Position numbers and translations under genes: made by a program. From contig JANOBY010000027.1 in the NCBI GenBank assembly GCA_031411935.1, positions 1 to 54,311 on the forward strand: DNA of 54,311 nucleotides. The letters run 5' to 3'. This document shows, in pieces, positions 54,154-54,311 of the stretch. The notes beneath the pieces are model-generated. The model did not search any database. It had not been told where the DNA came from and saw only the letters and a program-made list of their open reading frames with translations. Source of the stretch: Planctomycetales bacterium (GTDB lineage Bacteria; Planctomycetota; Planctomycetia; Isosphaerales; Isosphaeraceae). The stretch's first letter is position 1; the number at the start of each line of letters is the position of its first letter.

Positions 54154-54311
54154 TCACGCGAGGACCTCGCGGATGACTCGCCCGTGCACGTCGGTCAATC
54201 GTCGCTGGGCTCCGTTGTGATAGAAGGTCAATTTCTCGTGATCGAGCCCGAGCAAGTGCAGGATCGTGGCGTGGAAGTCGTGGACGTCGATCACGTCCTC
54301 GACCGCCTTGT
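54154..54311 (-). CDS. DUF1501 protein, C-terminal 52 aa (rest lies off the right edge)
   Basis: My translation is ...[51 protein letters not shown], with the stop at 54156..54154. It parallels the C-terminus of 48855..50291. It is not in the track because it has no start within the window. Confidence 0.8.
   Translation of the reverse strand, partial: KAVEDVIDVHDFHATILHLLGLDHEKLTFYHNGAQRRLTDVHGRVIREVLA

Noticed and set aside
53660-54157. 165-aa minus-strand ORF filling the DUF1501-PSCyt spacer.
   Set aside because: It runs across the intergenic repeat element and has noncoding-like composition. The corresponding region of copy A carries no equivalent ORF.
1-54311. I searched for tRNA, rRNA or tmRNA genes, CRISPR arrays, IS or transposase genes, integrases, prophage genes, toxin-antitoxin pairs and known defence systems.
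   Set aside because: I found no T-arm-like GGTTCGAATCC-type motifs in intergenic DNA. There are no regularly spaced direct repeats other than the 11-mer triplets. No ORF carries a DDE/integrase, reverse transcriptase or nuclease-NTPase signature that I could recognise by eye.

Overview
This is a strongly GC-rich bacterial chromosomal segment. Its gene content points to Planctomycetota (inference from family content only): three DUF1559 pseudopilin-like genes, a PSCyt/DUF1549/DUF1553 giant protein with DUF1501 partners, and four GT-C membrane glycosyltransferases. I support about 50 protein genes. Housekeeping blocks are rplY-pth, rpsF-ssb-rplI-dnaB, hisS-hisZ-hisG and glpK. Envelope and accessory genes include the GT-C cluster, mlaE with an MlaD::OmpA-like fusion, an mntH::USP fusion, an FHA-GAF histidine kinase, a rhomboid protease and an M16 peptidase pair. 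I found no rRNA, tRNA, CRISPR array, transposase or phage genes. Most long ORFs in the track that lie antisense to these genes are R/P/G-rich artefacts of the GC content. The main hunt results are four. (1) A secreted thioredoxin-fold gene is interrupted by a single in-frame TGA exactly where the second Cys of a CxxC motif is expected (C-Y-R-UGA). A hairpin follows immediately, so this is a candidate CxxU selenoprotein. Its N-terminal half is missing from the ORF track. (2) A roughly 190-nt AT-richer intergenic element occurs twice, each copy carrying three phased 11-nt AAAACGAASCC units. (3) Two adjacent genes encode secreted Gly/Tyr-rich low-complexity proteins. (4) A long-form HisG is translationally coupled to HisZ and HisS. 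All family calls come from motif recognition by eye. No database search was possible.
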